A stretch of DNA of 64,000 bases from Octopus sinensis (GCF_006345805.1 NC_042997.1:121396001-121460000), one strand, 5' to 3'; counted from the first letter of the stretch, positions 26,210 through 39,735 are shown. Numbers and translations are program-made. The notes: generated from the letters alone by a model not told the origin.

Positions 26210-26750
26210 ACGTGCATTCCAGAAGTATTAATACTTTTTCAGAAGAGACATTCATTAGTTCCAAAGTAATACAAAACTCTAACCAACTACAAAATACATT
26301 CCTCTTCAATACACTTGTAGCTCCCCTGCCACTTTTTGAGGGCTCCATTAATGTCTTCCAAGGTGAAAGTGTCCGTGACCCTGGTCACAGTCTTCTAAAC
26401 TTTTTGCATCTTGGAGAACAACCAAAGGTTCCATGGTGCAAGATTTGGATTGTAGGGCGGGTTAGGGACAGTTTTTGATACCCATTTTTGTCATGCAGTC
26501 GGTTGTGAGGGTGAATTTGTGAACTGGTCTATTGTCTTGCTGCATTGCCTTTATGCCCCGACGACAAGAAGTGTTATATAGGATGTGCCCTAAATGCTGT
26601 TACAGCTGTCTCGTTCAATCTGGAATAACAAACTGTCTTCTCAAATTATTAGACGTTCAAGATGATGCAATCATGATCATAAGACTGTGGTCTCGATTCC
26701 AGAATCGGGCAATGAATTGTGTTTTTAAGTAAAACGTTCCTTTCCTTGTT
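26210..26750 (-). mobile_element. Decayed mariner transposase 3' part
   Basis: Minus strand QDNRPVH...KTVPNPPYNPNLAPWNLWLF corresponds to HDNA.PH and HPPYSPDLAP.DFWLF. Confidence 0.65.
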
Positions 26751-27773
26751 GCTCCGATCCATTCAGCTAGCAAAAATGAGTAAATCTGCGACTGACCTGT
26801 GTCCCGTCCTGGGGTGAATATTTACGCCACGGAATCTAGGTAAAAGCCCTCGTGAGTTTCCAAATTGGGATTGCTTTTTTCAGGCAATACTACATGAGAA
26901 AATAACATTTCCTGTGATTGATCATACGATTTTATAGTGAAATCTGCAGGTTTCTCTGATGAAGCAATAAATGGTAAACAGTTATACTTAACGGCACATG
27001 ACACATATTGAATACTCTAACCGGAGTATCTGCTACCCGAAAGATCACAACAACTAATTGTATATATAATTATGGCTATGCTCATTGCCCGTGTGATATA
27101 TTTATCATAAACACTGCGTGGAAGTATGGAGTATCTTCAAAACAGTTCATTAATTCAATGAGTCGCTTTTACGATGTAATTGTTTAAATTTTAGAATAGA
27201 AAACAAATGAAGACTAAAAGATGGAAAACAAAAGACGAAAGAGCATATATATAACGAACACAATTTTTATTAGAAACGCATAAAATAGTAAGACTCTGTA
27301 GACAGAGTGAGAGAGAGTTGATTTAATTGATGCTATAAGCAAGAGAATGTAAAACAAAGAAAGTAATGATTTTTCAGAGAGCGAGCCATGGATAGGAGTG
27401 GGTTAATCAAATCAATGAGTGATTGCTATTTACGAAACCAGTTCATGTGTACGTCAACTATAGTCTATTAGAAAATGTAAAATTAATTATAAATTTCAAT
27501 AGCCAATTCAGTTTGTTTAAGAAGTTACAATAAAGGTAGAGGTTACTTATCGTAATTAAATAAGGCAGTTACACCACTCGGCTTCAAAACTGTTAAATAA
27601 ATATAAATCTATTATGATCACTTGTATTAAGAACTATGAAAGCTTACTTCAGTTACTATATCTACGGCTTTTATGACGTAACGCGGGTTGGACGCTGTTG
27701 CTCGGAAACTTTAGAAATACAGGTCTTAGCAATGTTCGTAAAGAGTAAGCAGGAAGATGCTAAGAGCATTATA

Positions 27774-28132
27774 CAGGGTGATTCAAAAGTCGCCATACAT
27801 AGGAACAATTTATCCTTTTATAAGAAACAGTTAATAAGAACGATTTTCTTTTTATATAACAGGCTCTATATGGTTACCATTGTTTGGAATAAACATTGCA
27901 ATATGTTTACCCCACTCATCGTGAACTCGTAATTGCACATCTGGTGATACGTGTGCAAAGGAGTTGATGAAGCGTTCCTTCAAATGATTTTATCTTTCAG
28001 TGATACACCATGCCTTTCAAATACCCCTAAAGATAGAAATCAAGAGGAGTCAGATCAGGGGACCTAGGGAATCTTATAAACTGTTTCTTATAAAAAAAAT
28101 TAATTTTTTCTATGAATGGAGACTTTTGAGTC

Positions 28133-28138
<6 letters not shown>
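27774..28138. mobile_element. Non-autonomous Tc1/mariner-type element (MITE or deletion derivative)
   Basis: Imperfect TIRs CAGGGTGATTCAAAAGTCGCCATACATAG and CTATGAATGGAGACTTTTGAGTCACCCTA, flanked by TA. Confidence 0.75.
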
Positions 28139-28209
<71 letters not shown>

Positions 28210-28230
28210 CAGAGAGAGAGAGAGAGAGAG

Positions 28231-28312
<82 letters not shown>

Positions 28313-28333
28313 TTAGATAGACAGATAGATAGG

Positions 28334-28431
<98 letters not shown>

Positions 28432-28441
28432 TTTATATATA

Positions 28442-29730
28442 CAGGGTGGGGAAGCAAAATTTACAATATTTTGAGGCAGGGATTGAAAGACATTGTAGGA
28501 CCAATTAGTTCATTGAAAGTCATAAGAATTATTTGCCACAAAAAAATTTACATAACAGAAAATCTTTTTATTCTATGTATCCTCCTTCTTTCTCAATAAC
28601 TGCCTTCACACGCTTCCTGAAACTTGCGCAAGTGTTCCTCAAATATTCGGGAGACAAAGTCTCCCATTCTTCTTTAATAGTATCTTTAAGAGAGTCGACA
28701 TTACTGCGTGATGTTCTATTGGTAGCATGTTCTAAAATGCCCCAAATAGCATAATCCAGAGAGTTTAGATCTGGGCTAGAAGGTGGCCATAAACATGATT
28801 CAAAAACTTTGCTAAAGTTGGATTTGCAGAAATCTTGTATTTTTCTAGCTGTGTGTGCCGGGACACCATCCTGTGTCCATACATAATTACCATCTGGGTA
28901 GTTTGCTTTAAGCCATGGCAATATCTGGTATCTCAGAGTCTTGTAGTAAGTTTTAACATTGATCTTTTCATCAGCCTTGTAGAATTTTATACGCATATTC
29001 TTTCTATCGGAAGCCACAACGCCAAAAGCCATAACTTGAGCAGGATGTTTTGTTTTGAATGTCCCCTTAACCTCAGCCGTTGATTTTGCAATAAATCTGT
29101 CATTTCTGCAGTTCAGAACAGCATCGACAGTGAAGATCTTTTCATCTGAAAAGATCGTTACAATGGAGGACATTTTCTTGAACCATGTAATAATTTTCTT
29201 GCACCTTTCCAAACTCTTTTCCTTCATAGCTGTTGTCAACAAGTGTTTTGGTGTTCTTGTGTAAGATTTTAGCCTTAAATCATATTTTACTGCATTTCTA
29301 AAGGTCATGTTGTCTAACTCAAGTTCAACTGCTATTTTTCTCATGGATTTGATTGGATCCTTCAGGATTTTGGATTTGAGAGCTTTGATAAAAGCTTTAG
29401 TACGTTTTTTGTTGATTCCTCCACTTCAAGACTTCCGCGTAATAGTTTTGCTCATAGTCATTCTATTCTTTACATTATAAACAGTCTTTATGGACACGCC
29501 AGCTATTCTTGAAATCTCCTTTGGTGTGACGAGTGCATTCAGCAAATCACACACTCTTTGACATTTGTCTTCCTGATTACTTATATGGGCAAAGGTTTCT
29601 GAAAATGTACGGATAATAGTGTTAGGTATGACTAAGACATCAACATATGCTAGGTTTCAAAACAATTGACTTAGTGCCTGCTGAGAAAAAACAACTTAAC
29701 GTTCATTGTAAATTTTGCTTCCCCACCCTG
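28442..29730 (-). mobile_element. Full-length DD37D (maT/Bmmar1-like) transposon, 1289 bp
   Basis: Perfect 26-bp TIRs (28442-28467 and 29705-29730), TA on both flanks, transposase on the minus strand. Confidence 0.95.
28568..29584 (-). pseudogene. DD37D transposase with apparent ATG>ATA start loss and one TGA stop
   Basis: FSDEK / WTQDGVPAH / SPDLNSLDY with 37 residues between the 2nd and 3rd Asp; the frame continues upstream of the 258-aa ORF through a TGA at 29428-29426 to ATA at 29584. Confidence 0.9.
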
Positions 29731-29849
29731 TATATATTTATATATGTGTGTATGTATGAGTGTGGGTGTGTGTGTATATGCTACGGCACTCCGTCGGTTA
29801 CGACGACGTGGGTTCCACTTGATCCAATCAACGGAACATCCTGCTCGTG

Positions 29850-30125
29850 AACTTTGACGTCGTCGTAAATTCATGTTTATCTATCTTCTTAGATGCACCA
29901 AACGATGTCATTTGCAGTGTTGTATTGTCTGATATTGTTCAGAAAATCCGTTGACTGGATGGAAATGCCTTCTAGAATATCCATATGAGGTTGAGAAGGA
30001 GCTGGTAGTGCTAGCAATGTTACCTGACCGCCTGAGCAGCACATACCATTGATTTCATTTGAAAATTTGAAAGCTCTACAGAAAAGACAATTTGTGCTTA
30101 GCATACCAAATTGGACAGAGTTATC
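29850..30125 (-). mobile_element. Helitron Rep N-terminal fragment
   Basis: CLFCRAFKFSNE..GMCCSGGQV.L...FLNNIRQYN is characteristic of Helitron RepHel N-termini. Confidence 0.75.
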
Positions 30126-32009
30126 ATTTTTATAAGAATGGGATAGACCATATATGAAAATAGCTTCAGGAGTTGTGAAGAACGAATTTGTACGCTGTAG
30201 TAATTTTTAATATTTTAGTTTTCAATTTTTCATATAATTTCACCATTTAATTCTTCCATTTTGTAGACAGTTCTGTAAATATGTCATATCTGTTGGAATA
30301 ATTATTTCCTTTAGACTAATATTTTGTCCACTTCAATTACGTGTTGGCCATGCCGTTGAGAAGCTTCAATATTAAATTTGGGTAATTGTAGGCATTTTTT
30401 TTCTTTTATCTATTTCAGTCATTAATCTGCGGCCATGCTGGGGTACTGCAATAACCAATTGAGTACTGAATATGTACAGTAGAAAGTCATCGTAATTAAA
30501 TATTTTTGAAAATCTTCTTTCGAGAATGTATGAATGAATTCCTTTTCAAAATATATTTCAAAGTGTTCGTTTGTATGTACACATACGGGAAGTGTGAGAG
30601 GAGAATCCAAGTGTATTATTTCTATAAAATTACAACTCTTTCAGACACTCATATACGTATATGTGTATATGTCTGTATTTGTTTGTGTGTCTATATTTAT
30701 ATAGTTATTTGTTTTTAGTTCTATGCGTTTGCCATCTTGTTGTTTACGAAACCTTCAGATAAGGTTAAAGATATGCATCTATATTTCAGAGTAACGGAAT
30801 TTTATTTCCTTAACTTTCTGAAGCCCATAGACATATCACCATCATACCTGGCTGGTATGTATAAGAAAATCTTTAATAGCCGTTTTCCATGAAAGTTTCT
30901 TATACTGTTGCCCCAACATGAAAAGCCACATTAGGTGCTCACTGCAGTAACTATGATAAATTAACTTCAGGAATCCAGATACTCGCTCACTTATTTAGAT
31001 ATGCAGGATTAGCCCAGTTTTATAGAAAGCCGAAGTCACCTCAGTTTTGGCATAAAACGAAATTGAAAAAAATTATTGGATTTAGTAAAAGTAACTTTAA
31101 AAATAGATATACTAACCGTCAGGCTTCTTCCTGACACATACACAAGAAGGAAACTATTAATTCAGCAAGCCATATTTAGGACCTGAAGGTCAACATGCTC
31201 CACACACCATCAAAGGGAATATTATAGAACAATCTATACTTTACATTAATGGCTCAAGACGTGTAGGCTCTGTGCATCTGAAAGTACTCATATTGTTTTT
31301 AAAGCTAAGTAATGCACCCAACTGCTGAACTTCAGATCGGAAATATTCACAGGATGCGCCCACATCTCAAAATGCTTCTGCTTTAGAACTAGAGAACATC
31401 TCTCTCTGCAGATTAGGCATACAATGCTATAAATTTAGTCGTTCCCCAACAGACTAACCCCAGCAGCCTTTCTTAATTCATGTATATATAATGTATATAA
31501 TTATCAGTATTCCCTTTTTGTCGGATCAAAGAGACACCACTCTCATCTCATTTCCCCTCCAAGCTTACCTTCTCTATTTTTTTCTTTCTTTTCGTTCTCT
31601 TTTTCTTTTGCCCGTTCTTTCTTATTTTTCTCATTGAACAGCCATGTTTATTTTTGCCATAGCGATTGCAGTATAATACACGGTGTGCGATACAAGGACA
31701 TCCGATAACTGGACTATGTGCGCATGAAACTTATAGAAATCACATTTAAATACTGTGTTTTATTAGATTATAATTTATAATGTATTCACTGGAGTCTCTC
31801 GAGTCTGAGCAAAACAGTTCTGCAATTTCCAGCTTGACAACCTGCACAGATAATTTGCTTATAGGTAACTGATCTTCGTGCTGTTCATCAACTCACTCCT
31901 CCCATCATATTGACACTTCCTATTCAGATGCATAATGGGCTACTCTTCAAATGTTGAAACACACACAGGGCAACGTGAAACGAAGTGTTTTGCTCAAAAG
32001 AAAAAGGAA

Positions 32010-32095
32010 ACAAACGCACCACCTAATGCAGGAATTGAACCCAAGATCTTGCGATCTTGATTGTTAATGCACAACCAGCTCACAGTATAGAGATG
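32010..32095 (-). other. Degenerate tRNA-like sequence (SINE head or tRNA pseudogene)
   Basis: GGGTTCAATTCC B-box on the minus strand; no convincing cloverleaf. Confidence 0.3.
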
Positions 32096-32224
32096 CTGGG
32101 TGGAGAATAGATGGAAGATTTCAATTAACGTGTTCCCAAGATAACCAGTTAATCCGATTATCTGGGAGTTTGTTAGTTTGCTATATTTACACATTCAGCA
32201 GTTACATTTTGAATTTTGCTTCAT

Positions 32225-32262
<38 letters not shown>

Positions 32263-32751
32263 TGAGAGAGAGAGAGATTTTTCGTGCCAATATATATATA
32301 TATATAATGTGTTTGTGTGTGCATACGTGTGTGTGTATACATATATACACACGCATATGCATATATATGCATACGGAAATACATACCTGCATATATACAC
32401 ATACGAACAGTTTGATTGCATAAGCACAGCGTCATCTCTGGAAAGAGACACGTTTACATCTAATGCTAGACAGAAGAAAATTGGCAAATAATCACGTAAT
32501 TCATTATCACACAAAGTACTTGACAGCTGTCGTACGGTTTTATCGTCAATCACATCTGACTATAATGCTGCATTTAGCAGACATCAGAGTAAATTTCCTT
32601 GCCTATTTTTGTACGAAGTAATTATCATATAACATGCTGATATACAATGTTCTAATCTCATATAATCTTATTCCCAGTGCACACCATATTCACCCACTCA
32701 ATATATATATATATATACATACATATATATATATATATGTATATTTCATAT

Positions 32752-32842
<91 letters not shown>

Positions 32843-32854
32843 TCATGTATATAT

Positions 32855-32927
<73 letters not shown>

Positions 32928-33502
32928 TATATATTCATGCATTTATGTGTGTGCGTGTTTGTGTGTGAGCATGTATATATTCAAATTAATTCGTGTCTAA
33001 ACAGAAGAATATAAATCAAAGACGTAAAAGTAAAAATAGAATGAAAATTTTTTCCGAGATTAATATGGAAATTGAACAATAGTAGATAAATGATTTCAGA
33101 CCAAAAACAAATAAGATGGTAAAAATAAAATGCAGATTGCTAGAAGGTAAAGAAAATTTATCTTTCTTATATAACGAAAATAGAAATTTAGTATTTGGCG
33201 CTTAGATAATTCATGATGTGAACGGGATTGAATTGTGGGACTTTTTGTCAAAAGTTCTTTGGACAAGAAAATAGATAAATATCACAATTGTTTTGTTTTT
33301 CGTGTGAAATTAATATTTCTTTATAAGTAATAGATTATTTCAACATTACATGCATCTTCAGTACAAAGGAGTAAATAAATATTTTACGTTATATGTGTGC
33401 AGTTCAAGGAGGAAAGAATGTTCAATCCATACACAAAACAACAATAAAACTGTTTTGTTTCACTGCAAATTTGTTCTTAATATGTTTAATTCAAAATGGC
33501 AG

Positions 33503-34269
33503 CGAGCTGGCAGAAACGTTAGCACGCCGGGCGAAATGCGTAACCGTATTTCGCCTGCCGTTAAGTTCTGAGTTCAAATTCCGCCGAGGTCGACTTTGCC
33601 TTTCATCCTTTCGGGGTCGATTAAATAAGTACCAGTTACGCACTGGAGTCGATATAATCTGTCATTTGTCCTTTCTGTGTTTAGCCCCGTGTGGGTAGTA
33701 AAGAAATAAGTATTTCGTCTGCCATTACGTTCTGAGTTCAAATTCCGCTGAGGTTGACTTTGCCTTTATCCTTTCGGGGTCGATAAATTAAGTACCAGTT
33801 ACGCACTGGAGTCGATGTAATTGACTTAATCCCTTCGTCTCTCCTTGTTTGTTCCCTCTGTCTCGCCCCTTGTGGTCAATAAAGATATAAGAAACGTTAG
33901 CACGCGGGGCGAAATGCTTTGCAGTATTTCGTCTGCCGCTACGTTCTGAGTTCAATTTCCGCCGAGGTCGACTTTGCCTTTCATCCTTTCGGGCTCGATA
34001 AGTACCAGTTACGCACTGGGGTCGATATAAACGACTTAATCCGTTTGTCTGTCCTTGTTTGTCCTCTCTGTGTTTAGCCCCTTGTGGATAGTAAAGAAAT
34101 AGGTATTTCCTCTATCTTTGTGCTCTGAGTCCAAGTTCCATCGAGGTCGTCTTTGCCTTTCATTCTTTCGGGAGTCGATAAATTAAGTGCCAGTTGCGCA
34201 CTGGGGTCGATCTAATCGACTGGCTCCCTCCCACCAAATTTCGGTTTTTTTGCCGAGAGTAGAAAAGAA
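33503..34269 (+). mobile_element. Four head-to-tail tRNA-SINE units
   Basis: Repeated GAGTTCAAATTCCGCCGAGGTCGACTTTGCC...GTACCAGTT bodies starting near 33503, 33710, 33891 and 34102; the last unit has a different tail. Confidence 0.9.
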
Positions 34270-34834
34270 TGTGTTTAATTCAAACAGGAAGATATTTATG
34301 TTTATATTATCCCGCTACACTGAAGATGTGTCTTATATTGAAAAGATCCGCGTGGCCAGGTAGAAATAATATCTCTTTCACTTACATATAAAGCACCTGC
34401 CTTTAATTGTTTTTTTTTATTGTCTGTGTGTGTGTTTGTGTGTGATAATTTGGAAAATAAAGAATTTAAAAGTCGTGTGTCCTTTACATAAATTAGACAA
34501 AATTCAAAAACAAAATCAAAAATATGCCTACTGAGCAGAAAGGCAATTGAACATCTGTTTTAATTTAGTTCTTACTTACATGATGTTGGACTGTGTACAT
34601 CGTTCGAACTTCTTTATCGGTACATTGATATGTCCCTTCTTGTCAAGTAAATAACATGTTCTGAAGTTGAAGCAACTACATTGTGAGAGAACCATTTGAT
34701 AATACATGAAGTTGTCCAATTCATGTCACACTCATTTGATGCTTCAAAATGTTCGTCGCATTGCTGCGACTTTCATACTGACTGCTATACGCTGTGACTG
34801 ATTTTCACCATTTGATATTAGTTTCAAATTTTGG

Positions 34835-35025
34835 CACACGTCCTGCGAGTTCGGGGAGGGAATAAATCGATTACATCAACTCCAGTGTTCAACTGGTATT
34901 TATTTTATCGATTCCAAAATGATGAAACGCAAAGTCGACCTTGGCAGTATTTGAACTCACAATGTAAAAACGGACGAAATGCCGCTAAGCATATTGCCCG
35001 GTGTTCTTGACGATTCTGCAAGCCT
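34835..35025 (-). mobile_element. tRNA-SINE, diverged
   Basis: GCAAAGTCGACCTTGGCAGTATTTGAACTC is the reverse complement of the SINE body. Confidence 0.7.
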
Positions 35026-36745
35026 GATACCTTTATTGACCATTTCATATTCACCAATATTTTATTTACTTTTTTCTTTCTTGTTGAGAATAGCAACATC
35101 GTATGTGTTGTACATTGACTTCTTTACACCTTATATTCTAAATTTTATATCTGTTTTAGATGATAAATTTCAAAGACTTAACTCGGAGGTTATACTTGTT
35201 ATTGGTTCTGAACTATTTTGACAAAGTAACTGGGGTGGGAGAAAACGGGATCCTAGAGACTATGTCCAAATACTCACAACAGAATGGACTCCATTAAAGT
35301 CAATCAAGAACAGATTAAATGTACAATCCAAGAACGCAAGAGGCCTCACAGATGAATAACACTCAACACCACTTAATTGTAAAACAAATTTCTTAACACC
35401 TCAGCCATGCACACGTCCACATTATTACAAATTTTATTTAAAAAATTTTAACGATTGCATATTTGAACTTGCTTGTTCCACATACGATTGCTGAATATTC
35501 TATTTTCAACTTGATATTCTTTTTTGAAGTCTCTGGAGATAGGTGTATTAGCTGCTTTCACCTTTACACATATTTTCTTTTTGTTTTCTATGGCAACACG
35601 AAATCAGAAGATTTGATATGGATGCATTGGCAATAGGAAAACACAGTGGACATTTTTTTAACTAATACTTGATCCTGGGAGGTTTATGTCTGATATGTCC
35701 TAACCATTTTTAGCTATACCTTGCCACGTAAATCCTATGTGGTATCAATATAATTTTCTTTATATTTCATCTTATATAATTTAAGATATCGACTCATAAA
35801 CTGTGTGGAACTTGCATCATTTTTATCACATGTTTATCTTTGCCGAGTCAATCATTTAGAAGCAGTATTATATCAGATTCGAACCCTATTGATGAAGTGT
35901 ATGAAATTAAAGCAAATCAAAATAAGCGTGTTGTGCATATCAATATTATCTTCACACAATAGTCAGATAACATGAACTGCGGTATTTCATCCGGTTCTAT
36001 GTAGTGATCTCATCTTAGAAATTTCAACCTTCCTGTGTCGAAAAGATGTAATACCAGTAAAGTACTGAGGTTGATGATACAGATTAACACTTCCTAATTG
36101 CTCGAATTGTGCTTGAATTAGAAACAAGTATTTTATTTGTGTCAGGTTTGCTCGCTAACCTCGTGCATTTATCGCGAGAAATTAAGTGAAAGGGAAATTT
36201 TTTATTCAATGTAGAATCTCCAAATAGAAATGTAACATGTTGTTTGCTTCACTTTCTCCCTTTATGAGAAAAAAAATTTTAATTTGCGGAAAAAATAATT
36301 TCTTCATTTGTAAGCAAAAACGAAATAGCTTCTTAAAGCATGAACGCCTTTAAAATTTTGAACCAGAATGAACACGTTTTCACGGATGTTAAACGAATGA
36401 GAAAAATTATAGAAAATTAACAAAAATATTTTACAAAAAAGTCTCAAACACATTGAAAGAAAGAAAATAACATTTCTGCAGACAGTAACAAAAATTGGTG
36501 AGAAAATTTCTAGTGACAAGCGTGACAACACCAATAACAAAAACAGCTGCAACACTCACACGATTTCACGGATGAGAATAGAAGCAGCTACACCAAACTT
36601 TCTGAACTCATATACAATGGAAACAAGAGAATCAGAGGAAGAGCAATCTAACAGTGAGAGAATCAACAACAACAAGGCAAATGACTGAGGCTGCTGTTTT
36701 AAAAGCATCATCAACTCAAACTCAACTTGGTACTAAAGAGAATGA

Positions 36746-36977
36746 AGGCGACGAGCTGGCAGAAACGCTAGCACGCCGGGCGAAATGCGCAGCCGTATTT
36801 CGTCTGCCATTATGTTCTGAGTTCAAATTCCGCCGTGGTCGACTTTGCCTATCATCCTTTCGGGGACGATAAATTAAGTACCAGTTATGCACTAGGGTCG
36901 ATATAATCGACTTAATCCGTTTGTCATTCCTTGTTTGTCCTCTCTGTGTTTAGCCCCTTGTGGGTAGTAAAGAAGTA
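36746..36977 (+). mobile_element. tRNA-SINE with 17-bp target-site duplication
   Basis: Full head and tail; GGTACTAAAGAGAATGA at 36729-36745 and 36978-36994. Confidence 0.9.
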
Positions 36978-37330
36978 GGTACTAAAGAGAATGATAACTA
37001 TACTACGGATTTCAAGTAACATGTACACAGAATGAAACATCATTGATCATATCGATTCGCAAATCACGCAGAGACCGTCCCTCAGGGATGGCAAAACCCG
37101 CTGGTCTTGTGTATTCTGACTGAACTGTTTGCGGTCTGATAGCAAAACACTTAACATGTTTCAGCATTGATCTGTATGCTGTTTCCTTTGAACTGCTTGA
37201 AGACTGCGTTCAGATTCTTCTGTAGTTTGTGTCACCTTCATAGTATCATTCTATCGTTAGCAAATCTGGCGAGTGTGGATCACTAAATAATTGAGAACAT
37301 GTCTGAGAGAGCAAACAGCAACAGTAGCAG

Positions 37331-37537
37331 CTGTTCAAGAATTTGGACCTGGAGATCTTCATTTCCAGCGACTTCGAGGGCCACCTCCCAGTGGTGTCGG
37401 GCGTCAACCAACGAAGAGCCCTCGACTACAACAAGACGACCAAAGTTTTTTTTTTCCAAGGTCTGGGGTCTCCCTCCCCTAAGCCCTAGACCATCACCTA
37501 ATCATCCTTACCCGTATTGTTGCTTAACAACAACAAC
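37331..37537 (+). mobile_element. 5'-truncated retroposed fragment with (AAC)n tail and 17-bp TSD
   Basis: AACAGCAACAGTAGCAG at 37314-37330 and 37538-37554; the interior reads LFKNLDLEIFISSDFEGHLPVVSGVNQRRALDY; family not identified. Confidence 0.55.
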
Positions 37538-38255
37538 AACAGCAACAGTAGCAGTTCCAGTACAGTTTCTTGAAAGACTACTCTTATGATCGATGTAGCC
37601 TCAGAGACAGCAACACTGGTTGCACCCGTCTTAGTCCTACCTTCTAAAAAGTCGTGCAGCAGCTCCCGTAATTTTCCAACAAGGATATTTATTATATCCC
37701 TTCATCGGAGACGGTGTGAGAAGATGGTTAAGCAATAGTTAATTTAGATAAGATACGAAATAGAGAGTGAGGTGTAGGAATGAAAGTAGATGTCAGATAC
37801 GCAGGGATATTGTATTTGTAGATTCATTATTTAGGCAGAATGGTATACATGTACGATTCCAATACCTTATGAGTAAAATCCAATAGTATTTAAATTTGGT
37901 CATTCCAAGTATAGAGTTTATACACAGTGTCTTTGAATCAAAGGTTTTATTTAAAGTGACCTAAAAGTAGGGAATGTATTAGTAAGGTCAAATCGAAAAC
38001 AGGAAGAGAGGAATAAAGAAAGAGGAAAAAGAGAAAACAAAAGAGAAACAAGAGAAAAGAAAGAGAAGAAAATAAGAAGAAAATAATAAAATAATTAAAA
38101 AATAAAAATAAAAAATAAGAAAAAACAGGAAGAGAGGAAACAGAAAGAAAAAGGAAAAAGGAAAAACAAGGAAAGGACAGTAAGGGAAAGTGTACCAGTT
38201 AGTGGTCAGTCACATACATATACGTACGTATGTATATATATATATTGAATTCGGT

Positions 38256-38351
38256 GGGATTAGTAAAATTTTTGGTAGAAATGACTAATTGTCCCTCTTA
38301 GCGTGTGGCATGTATGTATAATGCCCTCTGGCATGTATGTATAATGCCCTC

Positions 38352-38354
<3 letters not shown>
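38256..38354 (+). repeat. 3' end of the same repeat family as the 3521-4022 palindrome, with a 23-bp terminal duplication
   Basis: TTTTGGTAGAAATGACTAATTGTCCCTCTTAG...ATAATGCCCTCTATA aligns to 3950-4016; GGCATGTATGTATAATGCCCTCT occurs twice (38307-38329, 38330-38352). Confidence 0.7.
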
Positions 38355-38403
<49 letters not shown>

Positions 38404-38899
38404 CTTTTGGATGCATAGGGTTTTCAGGCAAGTTGTGTCTAACAAATGATGGAATTATTTGATATCCTGTCATAGGTGGTGGTCGAGGTGAGAAAATTTG
38501 ATAAAGGAGGAAAAAAAGCAGATACAAAAATTTCTTTTTTTCATTTTTCTACTCTTTGTTTTTTCTATTCTATTCTTTGTTTCTTCATTTTTCCCTGTTT
38601 ATCATATTTTCTCTACACACCACTGCAAGCTATGGCAGGGAGCTTACAAGTATACATACATACATACATACATACATACATACATACATACATACATACA
38701 TACATACATACATACATACATACGTACGTACATACATACATTCATACACATATACATGCATACATACATACACATACATACATACATGCATACATACATG
38801 CATATATACATACATACATACATACACACATGTATACATACATACATACATACATACATACATACATACATACATACATACATACATACATACATACGT

Positions 38900-39062
38900 A
38901 CAAGTTTTCTTTTATTCTCTGTCTATTTTCTCTTGTTCCTTTCTGTCGAAGAGAGTAAGTTCGAAACGTGCAAGACTTTCTCACTTTCCCGAGTGTCAAA
39001 CTAATACACCTGTTTGTTGTTCATACCACCTGTCTTTGACTTTTGTTTCCTATAAGATTCAA
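38900..39062 (+). mobile_element. PLE-type terminal repeat with degenerate HHR-like motif
   Basis: CTTT-CTGTCGA-A-GAGAGTAAGTTC-GAAACGTG...CCCGAGTG..AACTAATAC aligns with 57957-58095 on the minus strand; ends at (TA)n. Confidence 0.6.
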
Positions 39063-39072
39063 ATATATATAT

Positions 39073-39123
<51 letters not shown>

Positions 39124-39414
39124 ATGTGTAAATTTCGTCACCTTTCAGATTTAACCATCCTCAAGACCCAGTGCACTTACAGGGGACATTCAGAGTCGCA
39201 GGGGATTGACTCGACCAAATTAAAATACATCATTAATCTCTATTGCGATGTTCAGTACTCAATCTATTTTTCTCACATTCAACACTAAACTGGTACATAT
39301 GTGTGTGTAAGTGTGTGTGAGAGTGTATGCATGAATGTGTGTGAGTGAGTGTGTGAGTGTGTGTATGTGAGTTTGTGTATACCAACAGGCATTGATAATG
39401 CATCTTACCCTATT

Positions 39415-39580
39415 TTAATGGGTTTAATGAACCGTCGTGTATAAGGAACCCACTAATTTTGTGGGCTTAAAATTTGGAAAAAAGGTTTGTAATACTAAAA
39501 ACGGACTATTATACTATCCATGTATGAGAGGCTCCCTAATTTTTGACAAAAAAGGATTCCTTATACACGTAAAACACGGC
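39415..39580. mobile_element. Possible pogo-like MITE
   Basis: CGTGTATAAGG near the left end and CCTTATACACG near the right end form an inverted pair. Confidence 0.35.
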
Positions 39581-39735
39581 ACACCAATTGCAAAGTATAA
39601 AAGTCATTTAATAAAACTTATACGTCAACAAGTTTTATTTCTGAACATGATGTGGCGTGGGGGAGAAACAGACACACAAATATACACACACTCACACACA
39701 CGCACATACACATACATACACACACACACACAATA

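Noticed and set aside
30730-31130. Possible LINE endonuclease remnant on the minus strand
   Set aside because: Only a weak resemblance with many stops.
33503-34269. CRISPR-like repeat-spacer appearance
   Set aside because: The units are ~200-bp SINE bodies with no unique spacers, in eukaryotic DNA with no cas genes.
34315-34355. CTGAAGA...GAAA hammerhead candidate
   Set aside because: Stem II is weak and there is no stem I complement.
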